Source of the DNA: Gammaproteobacteria bacterium AqS3
GTDB taxonomy: Bacteria; Pseudomonadota; Gammaproteobacteria; MEIF01; AqS3
Assembly: GCA_001750645.1 (NCBI GenBank)
Contig: MEIF01000001.1
Location: forward strand, 9,179 to 73,178
Direction: 5' to 3'
DNA length: 64,000 nucleotides
The notes below the pieces were generated by a model. That model was not told the origin of the DNA. It did not search any database and was given only the letters and a program-made list of their open reading frames with translations. Shown here in pieces: positions 1-9,213 of this stretch. The position numbers and the translations under genes are program-made. The first letter of the stretch is position 1. Each line of letters starts with the position of its first letter.

Positions 1-2474
1 CTGATGGGAGTATAAAGATCTACTTCGACTTCAGGGGCGTGGATCGAGACCACCAGAGAATATCGCGCCTCCCCGTTGTAACGTTCCAATTTGGGTCTGG
101 CTTTCCACCAGCCCTGTGCCGGACAAACACCAATAGCCCCTCTGTTCGCAAGTTCGATGGCGGTGCCCTTCCAGATGTCCGAATGTATTGAGCCCTTATG
201 CCGGCTTTTTGTTCCAATCATCCAGCCGGTGTCATGATCCGCAACTGTTTTCCACTCTTGTTCACGCGCCTGTCTATTGATTCGCTTGTGGAAGTCTAGT
301 TTTGATTCCTCTGCACGTTTTACGTCATATCGCAGGCCATGAGAGTTATAGCCATAGCGGCCAGAAAAACCTCTTGCCGATGGATTGGGCTCAATAAAGT
401 ACGAAAGCGTAACCCGCATCTCCACTTCCGTATCTCCCAAAGCCTCCAACTCTTGTGAAGGCCAAGGAAGACTGTGAAGATGCATATTTCCTAAAGTTGG
501 GGCCGCACTGCCTTGTCGCTTGAAAGGATGCAATCGATCTTCACGAATCATAGTGAGCGAGTTTTGAACGCTCCACATTGCGCGCTGAAAATCCGGCACC
601 CCAAAACCGCAGCAGCGAACAAGTTCGGTCATGTCTTTCTTTGAAGGACGTTGAGGATTGGAAAGAAACATTTGACGCATTGCATCGGTCCACTCGGCAG
701 AGTGAACGATTAGCGCCCGAACTGTCTCCGGCCAAAGATTCGGATACTCGGCCATCAATTGTGCCGCCATTCGCGCCGCAAGCGATGTTGCGACACTAGT
801 CCCGTGTGAAGTGACAAACGGCCTCTCTTGCAACTCATAATTTGCAGTAAGAAGGCCCAAGCTCGCCTTGGGTTCAGCGTATGGTTTGTCATAGATGTCT
901 GTAACCGCTGCATTGCCCCCCTCGAGCACCACATCAGGTTTAAGCGGCCATTGCTTGTCCCAATTCAGCGAAGTCGTGCTGAAAGGGCTTAGGCCGCCTG
1001 CTTCGGCGATTGGCTGATAACCTTCAGCATCTGAATCCTTTATATGAACAAGATCAGTCGCCGCACCGACAGCCAGCGCGTTCCAACTCTGAGCCGGATC
1101 GTGAACCCCATCTGTTTTGTTGCTATCGGGATAGTTGAGCATGAACTCACTATCAGCATTTCCTGCGGAAACTATAAATAGTCGCGGAACCCCCTCATTC
1201 TCTTCCGCACCCGAAGCCAATCGATCAATGACTGCCGACCACGCAGATGGCCGTCCACGATCACGATCATCATCGGTGGTGATTGCCATGCTGAATACTC
1301 GACGTCGATAGGGAGCCGTAATACTCGGACGAGCCACAGCTTGAATAGTCAGGTTGCCATGAAAATTTGCGTCGCCCACATTGCCCTCGCGTTGGGGAAG
1401 AAGTTTTACGGATTCAAGACGGTGAATAATTTGGATTGTTCGGTCTGATGCCAGAGCTTCGGTCAAATCGCCCATCATGGCAAGCCCCGCCATTTCAGTG
1501 CCATGCCCATCACCATCTTCAGCAGATCCATTCGGGCCAATTGCATGAGCATCTATTGGCGAAAGCACAGTGGCAAGCAGAGGATGCCCATAGTTCACTC
1601 CCGTATCAAGAATACAGACATGCGGCACTTCTTCCCCTTCCGCAGGCACCGTTATCCGGTCAAACAGTTCGTTAAGGCGGTCTATTTGCTCCTTGCGCGG
1701 CAATACATTAAAAAACTCCGCAGTCCTCTTCGCCCGCCTCAACTCGGCGATGCTGTTCAAAATCTGGATCGACTGTTTCATTGCACCAACCGAACCGCAG
1801 ACAAGAAGCACAGTGCGCTCTGGGAATTGAAGTTCGCCGGGTGCAATCCGAAAACCCTGCTTTTTTGCGAGCCGCCTGAAGCTTTCTGTGACCGGAGCCC
1901 TGCCATCTCTCACAGGAAGCCAGACCTCCCACCAGAGCTCCTCCTCATCTGATGTGGGGAATTCCTCCAAATCATCTGTCCATAGAGCCTTGAGCGCGGC
2001 TGTGCGAATTTTGGAGATCGCATTGAGCAATTTTCCATTCCTTGGCCTTTTCTTGCCGTCCTTTGACTTATCCAAATACGCATGGATCAGATTCTCAAAC
2101 ATATCCAGTTTGCCATCTGGAATAAACACTGTCGCTATCGTGCGTTTTTTCTCATGACGAACATTTAATAGCTCAATGCCGGCACGCTCTCGGGTCAGGG
2201 AATTGAATGCAAGCTCAACATTTTTATAGCTCTCAAACTGCACCCGAAGCCCAAGACCCTCGACAAGCCCCTTGGACTGCTGTTCTTTGCGGGCAGCTTC
2301 GGCATGAGAGCGCAAACCTTTAATCTGACTCAGCAGCTTTGCTCCATGCTTATTCCGTTGGCGATCCGGCACGTCAGACCCGCCGCCGCCTCTCTGCGGA
2401 GATTGGAAGGGCTCTGTTTGAGGAATTCTTTTAAGAATGAAATGCCGATTACGCTTTTCGTCTGATTCAGCCAT
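1..2474 (-). CDS. Subtilisin-like serine peptidase (S8) with an N-terminal domain of unknown function (~255 aa) and a C-terminal extension. The 3' end lies beyond the window start. IetS-like.
   Basis: I translated the minus strand myself and found all S8 motifs in one frame: D in HVCILDTGV, H in DGDGHGTEMAG, N in VSAGNADSEF, S in SHGTSVATS. Start is ATG at 2472-2474, 15 nt downstream of and in frame with the ATPase stop. In the supplied bases the frame breaks at ~775-797 and again at ~719-721, and the two 1-nt changes compensate. The ORF track implies an uninterrupted frame here. This ORF is not in the supplied track. Confidence 0.8.
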   Translation of the reverse strand, partial: MAESDEKRNRHFILKRIPQTEPFQSPQRGGGGSDVPDRQRNKHGAKLLSQIKGLRSHAEAARKEQQSKGLVEGLGLRVQFESYKNVELAFNSLTRERAGIELLNVRHEKKRTIATVFIPDGKLDMFENLIHAYLDKSKDGKKRPRNGKLLNAISKIRTAALKALWTDDLEEFPTSDEEELWWEVWLPVRDGRAPVTESFRRLAKKQGFRIAPGELQFPERTVLLVCGSVGAMKQSIQILNSIAELRRAKRTAEFFNVLPRKEQIDRLNELFDRITVPAEGEEVPHVCILDTGVNYGHPLLATVLSPIDAHAIGPNGSAEDGDGHGTEMAGLAMMGDLTEALASDRTIQIIHRLESVKLLPQREGNVGDANFHGNLTIQAVARPSITAPYRRRVFSMAITTDDDRDRGRPSAWSAVIDRLASGAEENEGVPRLFIVSAGNADSEFMLNYPDSNKTDGVHDPAQSWNALAVGAATDLVHIKDSDAEGYQPIAEAGGLSPFSTTSLNWDKQWPLKPDVVLEGGNAAVTDIYDKPYAEPKASLGLLTANYELQERPFVTSHGTSVATSLAARMAAQLMAEYPNLWPETVRALIVHSAEWTDAMRQMFLSNPQRPSKKDMTELVRCCGFGVPDFQRAMWSVQNSLTMIREDRLHPFKRQGSAAPTLGNMHLHSLPWPSQELEALGDTEVEMRVTLSYFIEPNPSARGFSGRYGYNSHGLRYDVKRAEESKLDFHKRINRQAREQEWKTVADHDTGWMIGTKSRHKGSIHSDIWKGTAIELANRGAIGVCPAQGWWKARPKLERYNGEARYSLVVSIHAPEVEVDLYTPI

Positions 2475-2489
2475 CTGATGCGTGAAACT

Positions 2490-3497
2490 CTAGCGTCTCA
2501 GTTTTTGTGCATCAAGATGTTGCGAGGTCTGCAGTCGCTCTTCCAAGGCCCGCCGAACATCACACTCCCTGACCCTCTGGATATTATCAATCAGCGCCTC
2601 TTTTAAAACTTCCTCCGAAACACGGGACACTTCGTCATAACTCAGACCTGCGGCCTTGTTTGCAAGCCGCTTCCAGGACATGCCTTTAATCGCTATTTGC
2701 TCAAGCCTGGATTTGAGCAATGAGGCAATGCGAGTTTCATCGGGCAACTCGTAATGCAAAACGTTGTCAAAACGGCGGAAAAGCGCGTGATCCAAAATTT
2801 CGGGATGATTGGTCGCTGCAACGATCAAGCTGTGTGACACATCCTGCTCGATCATCTGCAGAAAGCTGTTCAAAATACGCCTCGCCTCGCCGATGTCGTT
2901 TTTATTACTGCGCTGCGAGCCTATGGTGTCGAATTCATCAAAGAAATATACGCCCCGTGTTTGGCTCGTCGCCTCAAACACCTGACGAAGTTTGGCGGCA
3001 GTCTCGCCCATGTACTTGGTTATCAAACCGTCCAAACGAACCTGGAACAGCGGCAAATTAAGCTCTCCGGCCAACACTGATGCCGTCATGGTTTTCCCCG
3101 TGCCGGGCGCACCCACCAATAAGAGCTTGCGCCTTGGGCTGAGTCCGTGAGCGCGGATTTTTGATGCCTGGCGCTGCTCTCGGATCACTCGTTTAAGTTG
3201 CCCCGCCAAGTGATCATCAAGCACCATTTCCACCAGCCGGCTCTTTGGGTGGCTGGCCGTAAGAATTCCGTCCAAAGCACCACGAGGGCGACTGATTGGA
3301 AGTGTCTCTGCCCTGTGCAGAGGCCAGCTCCGACGTTCCCTGGCTTGATCGATGAGATCCCGCAACTCCTTCGCGAGTTTGCCGTGACCGCGCTTCGCCT
3401 CGTGCGCTGCGACCTGCAGAGCCACAGAGAAAAAGTGCTCGTCATCTCCTTCAAGATGCGACTTCAAGATCGCCTTTAGCTGACTTGCGTTTGCCAT
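2490..3497 (-). CDS. AAA+ ATPase, IetA-like
   Basis: Walker A GAPGTGKT and Walker B VYFFDEFD. The second region of homology is SLIVAATNHPEILDHALFRRFD. The gene sits immediately upstream of the S8 gene on the same strand and in the same frame. Confidence 0.85.
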   Translation of the reverse strand: MANASQLKAILKSHLEGDDEHFFSVALQVAAHEAKRGHGKLAKELRDLIDQARERRSWPLHRAETLPISRPRGALDGILTASHPKSRLVEMVLDDHLAGQLKRVIREQRQASKIRAHGLSPRRKLLLVGAPGTGKTMTASVLAGELNLPLFQVRLDGLITKYMGETAAKLRQVFEATSQTRGVYFFDEFDTIGSQRSNKNDIGEARRILNSFLQMIEQDVSHSLIVAATNHPEILDHALFRRFDNVLHYELPDETRIASLLKSRLEQIAIKGMSWKRLANKAAGLSYDEVSRVSEEVLKEALIDNIQRVRECDVRRALEERLQTSQHLDAQKLRR

Positions 3498-3509
3498 GTT
3501 CTGATTTCT

Positions 3510-3701
3510 CTATCCCCTGAGTGCCTTGAACTGAGCACCTGCCTTGCATTGTCTACCAATTGGTAGAGTCTTGGCAATCCGTGCAAGTTTCTCAATATTC
3601 GGCTGAATGGATTCAGCGCCTGCCAAAGCCGGGCAGAAATCAAAGCCGTGCTGCGGGTTTTTTATCTGTATAAAAACACTGGTGTCCAAGAGATAGGCCA
3701 T
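3510..3701 (-). pseudogene. PIN-domain (VapC-like) N-terminal remnant. A further decayed fragment lies upstream at ~3708-4127.
   Basis: The N-terminus MAYLLDTSVFIQIK is PIN-like but the ORF stops after 63 aa. Adjacent frames show broken continuation, e.g. ...GTLHRDALYLLGYKKLDTFDS at 3708-3800. Confidence 0.35.
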
Positions 3702-4192
3702 CAGATCGGGCAGCCCAGACTGCGTTCCAGGCTGTCAAAGGTGTCGAGCTTTTTATAGCCGAGCAGATACAGCGCATCCCGATGCAGCGTCCCGCCTTCC
3801 AGGACGTTCTCAACCAGGGCGCATGCAAATCGCCTGCTCAACCGAGAGAACGATGCCGCTGCACATCACCAGAATGCCCGCATCTTCAGCGGCGGTGATG
3901 AACTGTTTCAGTGCGGCCTCCCAAGTTCTGCATTTGCTCCGGGTCTCCAGGTCGCAGCTTTCAGAGACGCCGTCGTCCCGATACCGGCCTTGGCGCTCCC
4001 TGCAGATATAGATCATCTCCAACAGATCCGGGCCGGGGTGCCGCAGCTGCCGGTTGTGCAGCGCCCGAAAGTCGGGGGCCGTCAGACGTTCTTCGGGAGG
4101 GGTGTCCACGCTCCAACCATCCAACAAGCATTTGCGACCGCATCAACTGCCAGGCGGTTTCACCGTCAGACTGTACGTTGAAGTCTAGAAGT

Positions 4193-4579
4193 CTATTTGG
4201 ACTTGGCCAGCAACCCGACGGCGGCGATCAGCGGAATGACCGTCCAAAGAATCGGAGCCGGTCCTTGCCACATCACGGGATCGTAAAAAAGAGCCATCCA
4301 GTAGGTGTTGATGCCGATGCCGACCACCATGGCGGCTGCGATCCATCCCAGCAATTTGTTGCCGGGGATGAAGGCTGAACAGGCGAACAGGGCGCTGACG
4401 CCCAGCATGTGAACCACGTCGTTGTGCCAGGAAAACGTCAGCATGGCGGTGACGTTGTTGGGCAGATCTGACGCAGCCAGCGGGTTGAGCAGCCTGGGAA
4501 TGCCGACGATTTCGTGAAACAACGCCGCCGCAAAACAAAACACAGCGCAGAGGCAATAACAGATTTTTTGGATGTTCAT
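4193..4579 (-). CDS. hypothetical 4-TM membrane protein
   Basis: 128-aa ORF with four hydrophobic helices. No family was recognised. Confidence 0.35.
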   Translation of the reverse strand: MNIQKICYCLCAVFCFAAALFHEIVGIPRLLNPLAASDLPNNVTAMLTFSWHNDVVHMLGVSALFACSAFIPGNKLLGWIAAAMVVGIGINTYWMALFYDPVMWQGPAPILWTVIPLIAAVGLLAKSK

Positions 4580-5295
4580 TTTTTTCTCCCGGCAAAAACA
4601 GAAAACATTATGCCAATCAAGCTCAACTCATCTGGCAGCCCGATCAAAGGGGCTTGCATGCCATTCGGCAGTCAATTCTCAGCCTCGTCGCTGGGATAGG
4701 GATAGCGCTCATCATCAGGGTTCGGCAGACTCGCCGGGCCGCGATAAGACAGCCATCGGTTTTCGCCGGGGTCGTAGCAGGCCTTCTGCCCCGCCAGATC
4801 CAGGCGGAAAAGTATCAGCGCCCCCTCAAAATGTAGCCGCTTCAAAACCTCTGCCACAGCACTCGCCGATATTCCAGCAGGAAGCGGCAGCCGAATGCGG
4901 TCGAGAATGCGAAGGCTGTCCTGCTCCGGGTCGGAAATGCAGAACTCAAGGCAGTCGCCCTGTCCGGGAGTGGGCGACATCCTGAAAAATGCTGCATCGA
5001 GATCGCTGAATTCAGGTGTGCCAACTTCAGGGTTGCTCGGTTCCGTCAATTTCAAACTCCCCGCGCTGTGCAGAATCAGTATATAAGCCGCCAAACGATT
5101 TGATTTTCCGGGTGTTGATTTAGAAACAAAAAACCGACAAACGCCTCCCGTCCCCGCCCAGAGCAACCCCCTCACGCGCGCTTGTTGCTGCGCACCAGCA
5201 GGCTGATTTCGGGCAGGTGAATCCGCGTCCTGTCCCAGGGCATCGGCGCCGACTGTTATGGCTCGCCCCTCATAGCCCTGCTTTGGCTGGCGCGA

Positions 5296-5720
5296 GTGAA
5301 GGTTGATGCCGGGCTGGTGCGGGTGCAGCAATACCCCGATATCCGCATCGCCTTTGACGCCACCTCCACCGGGGCGCGCCGGCGCCACAGCGAAGCGCTG
5401 CTCGCCGACGGCAAGCAGATCATCGATCTAACCCCAGCCGTCCACCGCACCGCCCGAGTGCGCTATGGCGAAATCGTCGCGTCTATTAGTTCGCGATCCG
5501 CTGGGACGGGGATGCGGGCGAACATCGACGAATTCACCCGGACCACCGCTGATAATGCGCGACACCGTGTTCTGCCTGTGCGAGGAGACCGACACCACCT
5601 CAAGTAGGACGTGCAGTTTGAGTGCTTCCGCTCCAACAGCCCGCTGCACATCACCGAAATGGACGGCGACTTCACCGGCATCAAAGTGACCGTATTTCAG
5701 GAGGTCGAGGGGGCGGCGAG
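5296..5720 (+). pseudogene. mhpF: acetaldehyde dehydrogenase (acylating) MhpF/DmpF-like remnant, truncated at the 5' end and frameshifted
   Basis: [48 protein letters not shown] and, in a second frame, [10 protein letters not shown] all match the MhpF core in order but are spread across frames. Confidence 0.6.
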
Positions 5721-6472
5721 ATGACCCGCCTCTACATCCAGGACGTCACCCTGCGCGACGGCATGCACGCCATCCGCCACCAATATGACCTAGTGTGCGT
5801 GCGCGACATCGCCCGGGCGCCAGACGAGGCCTGAGTCGACGCCATTGAAGTCGCCCACGGCGACCGACTGTCGGGCTCGACCTTCAACTATGGCTTTGGA
5901 CGGTATGCCGACGAGGTGTGGATCGTCGAGGCTGCGAAGGTGTGCCGGCGGGCGCGGCTGATGAAGAGCTACGGCGCTGCTTGTGTTTATGTCACCGACT
6001 CCGGCGGCAGGCTGACCATCGCGGCGTACGCGAGCGGTATGAGGCGCACCGGCGGATTTTGCGGGGTGACATCGAACTCGAAATTCATGCGCATGAGAAT
6101 TTGTCGGTGTCTGTTGTGAATTCTGTCGTCGCCGTCGAATGCGGGGGGACTCGTGTTGACGCCTCGCTCGCTGGCATGGGCGCCGAAGCCGGCAACTGCC
6201 ACATAGAGGCGTTTATTGCGATGGCCGATCTGCACGGCTGGACGCACAGCTGCGACCTGTTCAAGCAGCAAGACGCCGCCGAGAAACTCGTGCGTCCGCT
6301 GCAGGACCGACCCGTCCAAGTTGATCGTGAGACCCTGATGCTACGCTATGCCGGGGTGTATTCATCCTTCCCGCGCCACGCCGAGGAAGCCACAGAACTG
6401 CACGGACTCGACCCCCGCGACATCCTGGTCGAACTCGACCGCCGCAAAATGGTCGACACCAGGAGGACATGA
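5721..6472 (+). pseudogene. mhpE: 4-hydroxy-2-oxovalerate aldolase MhpE/DmpG-like remnant with internal stop and frame breaks
   Basis: [24 protein letters not shown], then a stop. Further matches follow in other frames: [73 protein letters not shown]. Confidence 0.65.
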
Positions 6473-6574
6473 TTATCGATGTGGTGTTGGATAGGGTTAG
6501 GAGAAGGGATGAAGGAGAGGAGCGGGAGGGGGAGAAGGCTGGCGGGGAGTAGACAGGGCGTTTCTCGTTCTTAA

Positions 6575-8641
6575 TCAGTTGATAAGATGAATCTCAGTCC
6601 CCGACCGCATTATTCTCTGTGGCATCGGGGGAATTTCACGCTCCGATTTAATGGTCGCGGCTCCGTCCTTACCAATCTCTAAATCGTACCGCCTGCCCGT
6701 ACCATCCGAGGCACCTGACAAGCGTCGGCATAACACATCCGCAAGAGCGGAATCTTCGACCACACAAATTATCTGCCTATCATCAAGACAAATTGCTGCC
6801 AACAACTCGATTAAGTGGATCGCCCGAAAATCATCGATATGTTGAACAGGATCATCCAAAATAAGTGTGCGTAAAGGCGTCCAAGGACGAGCCAGATATA
6901 CAGACAATAAAACCGCCAAACCAAGCACACGACGCTGTCCACTACTAAAGAAAAATTGAGGATTAAGTCCTTCACCCACTTCCAGACTTAGAGACCGTCG
7001 CAAGTTTCCACGCATACTGTATTTAATGAAACGCCAGTCATGATGCGGGCGCAAACGCTGGTATAACTCCTCCAGAAGAGGACTAATTTGAGCCAATCGC
7101 TCCTTGGTTATTTCATCCAAAATACTGCGCACACCACGCTCCATAGCTTTTGCCTTATCTAGAGCACTTTCGGATTTTTCCACCTGAAATGCTGCTGCAT
7201 CCACTTCCTTCCTTAAGATTTCCACACGATCCTCAAGCAAAGAAATATTCACGACAGTTTGTGATGCCTCAAGCGTGAGCAATGCCCTTTCCAAATCAAT
7301 GAGACGCTCCCTCTCTGCTGCAACATACTTGTCCGCTGCTTGGGGATCTTGAATGAGCTGAAAATCCAAACCATAAAGTTCAAATACTTCCTTATGCTCC
7401 TGTTGCAAAGAAACAAGACGAGATTCTTCTTCTTGGATCTCAGACCACTTTTCTTGTAGCCGCATTAGTTCATCCGTCTTTTCATTAACTATGTCACGTG
7501 CTTCATCCATTTGCTGCTGGGCAACCGCAAATCCAGCGGAAAGAGATTCCATTCGTTCACGTGCGGATACAAGACCAGCTAAGAACTCTTCATCGGTTCT
7601 TGCAGCCGAACAAAGTGGACAGTTTTCACCATGCAAACCAATCTTTTCACCGTGTTCGACAATCAAAGCAAGCGACGCAGCAAAAGAGTTAGCTTCCTTT
7701 TCAATGCTAAAGATGCGTTGCTTGTCTTCAAAAATATCATCTGCTTCAGCTTTTAATTTCTTGGCGAGTTCAAGCCGATCTTTTACGACTTCTCGAGCAG
7801 CTACAGTTTCTTTTTTATCAAATTCTCTTTGATCCTCCAAAATCTTATAGCCTCGTCTGATCATCTCATTTATGCGTGCAAGATGTCTTTGACCTTCTAT
7901 CAAAGCAGAACGTCCAGAAATAATATACGATGTAATATCTTTGAAATCATCAGATGTTGCAGCATCCAAGGTTTGTTTCGCGACCGCAATATCTTCTGTT
8001 TCAACAATATCCTCTTTTGCTTCAGACAACTGGGCCAATGCATCTGTAAGCTGGTTATGCGCATCGCTATATGCTTTTTGGTTGAGTTTATGTTTAGCTT
8101 TTATATTCTCAAGTATATTTTGGGCTTTAGCTACAAAATCAGTTTTCTGGACAGCACCAAGTGCTGAATGCACGCGTTTAAAATGTTCCGTTTCACTGAG
8201 ATCGAGACCAAGTGCAGAAATCCATTCGTCGCGTATGATCAAAGATTGACAGAGTTGATGAAGAGCATCGTCTGGTTTAACTCTGTAACAGAGAGCATTC
8301 TCGATTTCCTTTAACTCTTTGTCAGCTTTGTTTCCAGATTTTTTTGTTCTGGTAATGGAAAAATTTTTATTGTCGCCATTCTTAAATGATACTGTTACAT
8401 AATGATTATTTGGGCTTCCTTCGCCTCGCCACCATAAATAATCACTAATACTTTCTTTTGCCGATTTTCCGAAAGCATATTTATTGATGGATCCAGTTAG
8501 GGCAAATTCCACAGCATCAAGAAGCGTACTCTTTCCCACACCATTACGCCCAGTGATAACAGTAAATCCCGAACCAAAAGTGACGCGAATTTTTTCGCGA
8601 TATCCACGAAAACCACAGATCTCAACATAATCTAGTTTCAC
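6575..8641 (-). CDS. SMC/Rad50-like ABC ATPase with a long coiled-coil, LmuB/DdmC-like
   Basis: N-terminal Walker A ITGRNGVGKSTLLDAVEFAL. Several hundred residues of coiled-coil heptads. C-terminal signature FFSSGQRRV and Walker B/D-loop LILDDPVQHIDD. It is the last gene of a three-gene operon that begins with a SIR2 protein. Confidence 0.75.
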   Translation of the reverse strand: MKLDYVEICGFRGYREKIRVTFGSGFTVITGRNGVGKSTLLDAVEFALTGSINKYAFGKSAKESISDYLWWRGEGSPNNHYVTVSFKNGDNKNFSITRTKKSGNKADKELKEIENALCYRVKPDDALHQLCQSLIIRDEWISALGLDLSETEHFKRVHSALGAVQKTDFVAKAQNILENIKAKHKLNQKAYSDAHNQLTDALAQLSEAKEDIVETEDIAVAKQTLDAATSDDFKDITSYIISGRSALIEGQRHLARINEMIRRGYKILEDQREFDKKETVAAREVVKDRLELAKKLKAEADDIFEDKQRIFSIEKEANSFAASLALIVEHGEKIGLHGENCPLCSAARTDEEFLAGLVSARERMESLSAGFAVAQQQMDEARDIVNEKTDELMRLQEKWSEIQEEESRLVSLQQEHKEVFELYGLDFQLIQDPQAADKYVAAERERLIDLERALLTLEASQTVVNISLLEDRVEILRKEVDAAAFQVEKSESALDKAKAMERGVRSILDEITKERLAQISPLLEELYQRLRPHHDWRFIKYSMRGNLRRSLSLEVGEGLNPQFFFSSGQRRVLGLAVLLSVYLARPWTPLRTLILDDPVQHIDDFRAIHLIELLAAICLDDRQIICVVEDSALADVLCRRLSGASDGTGRRYDLEIGKDGAATIKSEREIPPMPQRIMRSGTEIHLIN

Positions 8642-9213
8642 TTTTGTTCCAACAGCATCTTCGCAATTTCTTCAGAATTTTGATCACCAAGAAATGCATT
8701 CAGAACATCATCGGAGACACTACTCAATCTTGAACGAAACTTATCCTCAAAACCTGCATCTGAGAAAATTGGCTTGGCTTTAATTTCAGTAATAGGTAGC
8801 AAGGCATACTCAATATCTTTTGATGTATTTATATTGACACGAGCAATTTTCCGAGTCAGAGAAAAATCCTCCTCAATCTGTTCAACTTCACGCTGCCTAG
8901 ATTGATCTTTGTCTCCAGTCAAAAAGACAGAATAAACATTCCAAGCTTTATCTCCAGACATACGAAGTGCTGCACTATGCGAACTAAGTGCTTTTTGTTG
9001 TTCAAATTTCCATTTAGAAATAAGCTCTTCCGCAGATGAGAACACATAAATAAAGCCCATAATAGTTGCGCTTTCAAAACAAGTTATTGAATGTGAATTA
9101 TCAGAATACCATGACCAAGTGTCGTAACCAGAACCCCGGAGATATATTTCGGATTGTCTTGCGATATCCATTACAACTCCAACCGTTCTTGAGCTTGTTT
9201 GAAAGTTAACCAC
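8638..9213 (-). CDS. small protein of unknown function, LmuC/DdmB-like by position
   Basis: 191-aa ORF. Its stop overlaps the downstream SMC start by 4 nt (ATGA). It lies between the SIR2 and SMC genes. Confidence 0.5.
   Translation of the reverse strand: MVNFQTSSRTVGVVMDIARQSEIYLRGSGYDTWSWYSDNSHSITCFESATIMGFIYVFSSAEELISKWKFEQQKALSSHSAALRMSGDKAWNVYSVFLTGDKDQSRQREVEQIEEDFSLTRKIARVNINTSKDIEYALLPITEIKAKPIFSDAGFEDKFRSRLSSVSDDVLNAFLGDQNSEEIAKMLLEQK

Noticed and set aside
756-800. Calling the S8 peptidase a frameshifted pseudogene.
   Set aside because: Two compensating 1-nt differences in A runs, about 60 nt apart, restore a perfectly conserved S8 segment. The ORF track implies the uninterrupted version. 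More likely sequence-version or homopolymer error than decay.
4672-5388. 238-aa minus-strand ORF.
   Set aside because: Its N-terminal two thirds are low-complexity antisense to the mhpF remnant. Only the last ~105 aa (4672..~4990) look protein-like, with no recognisable family. Not reported as a feature.
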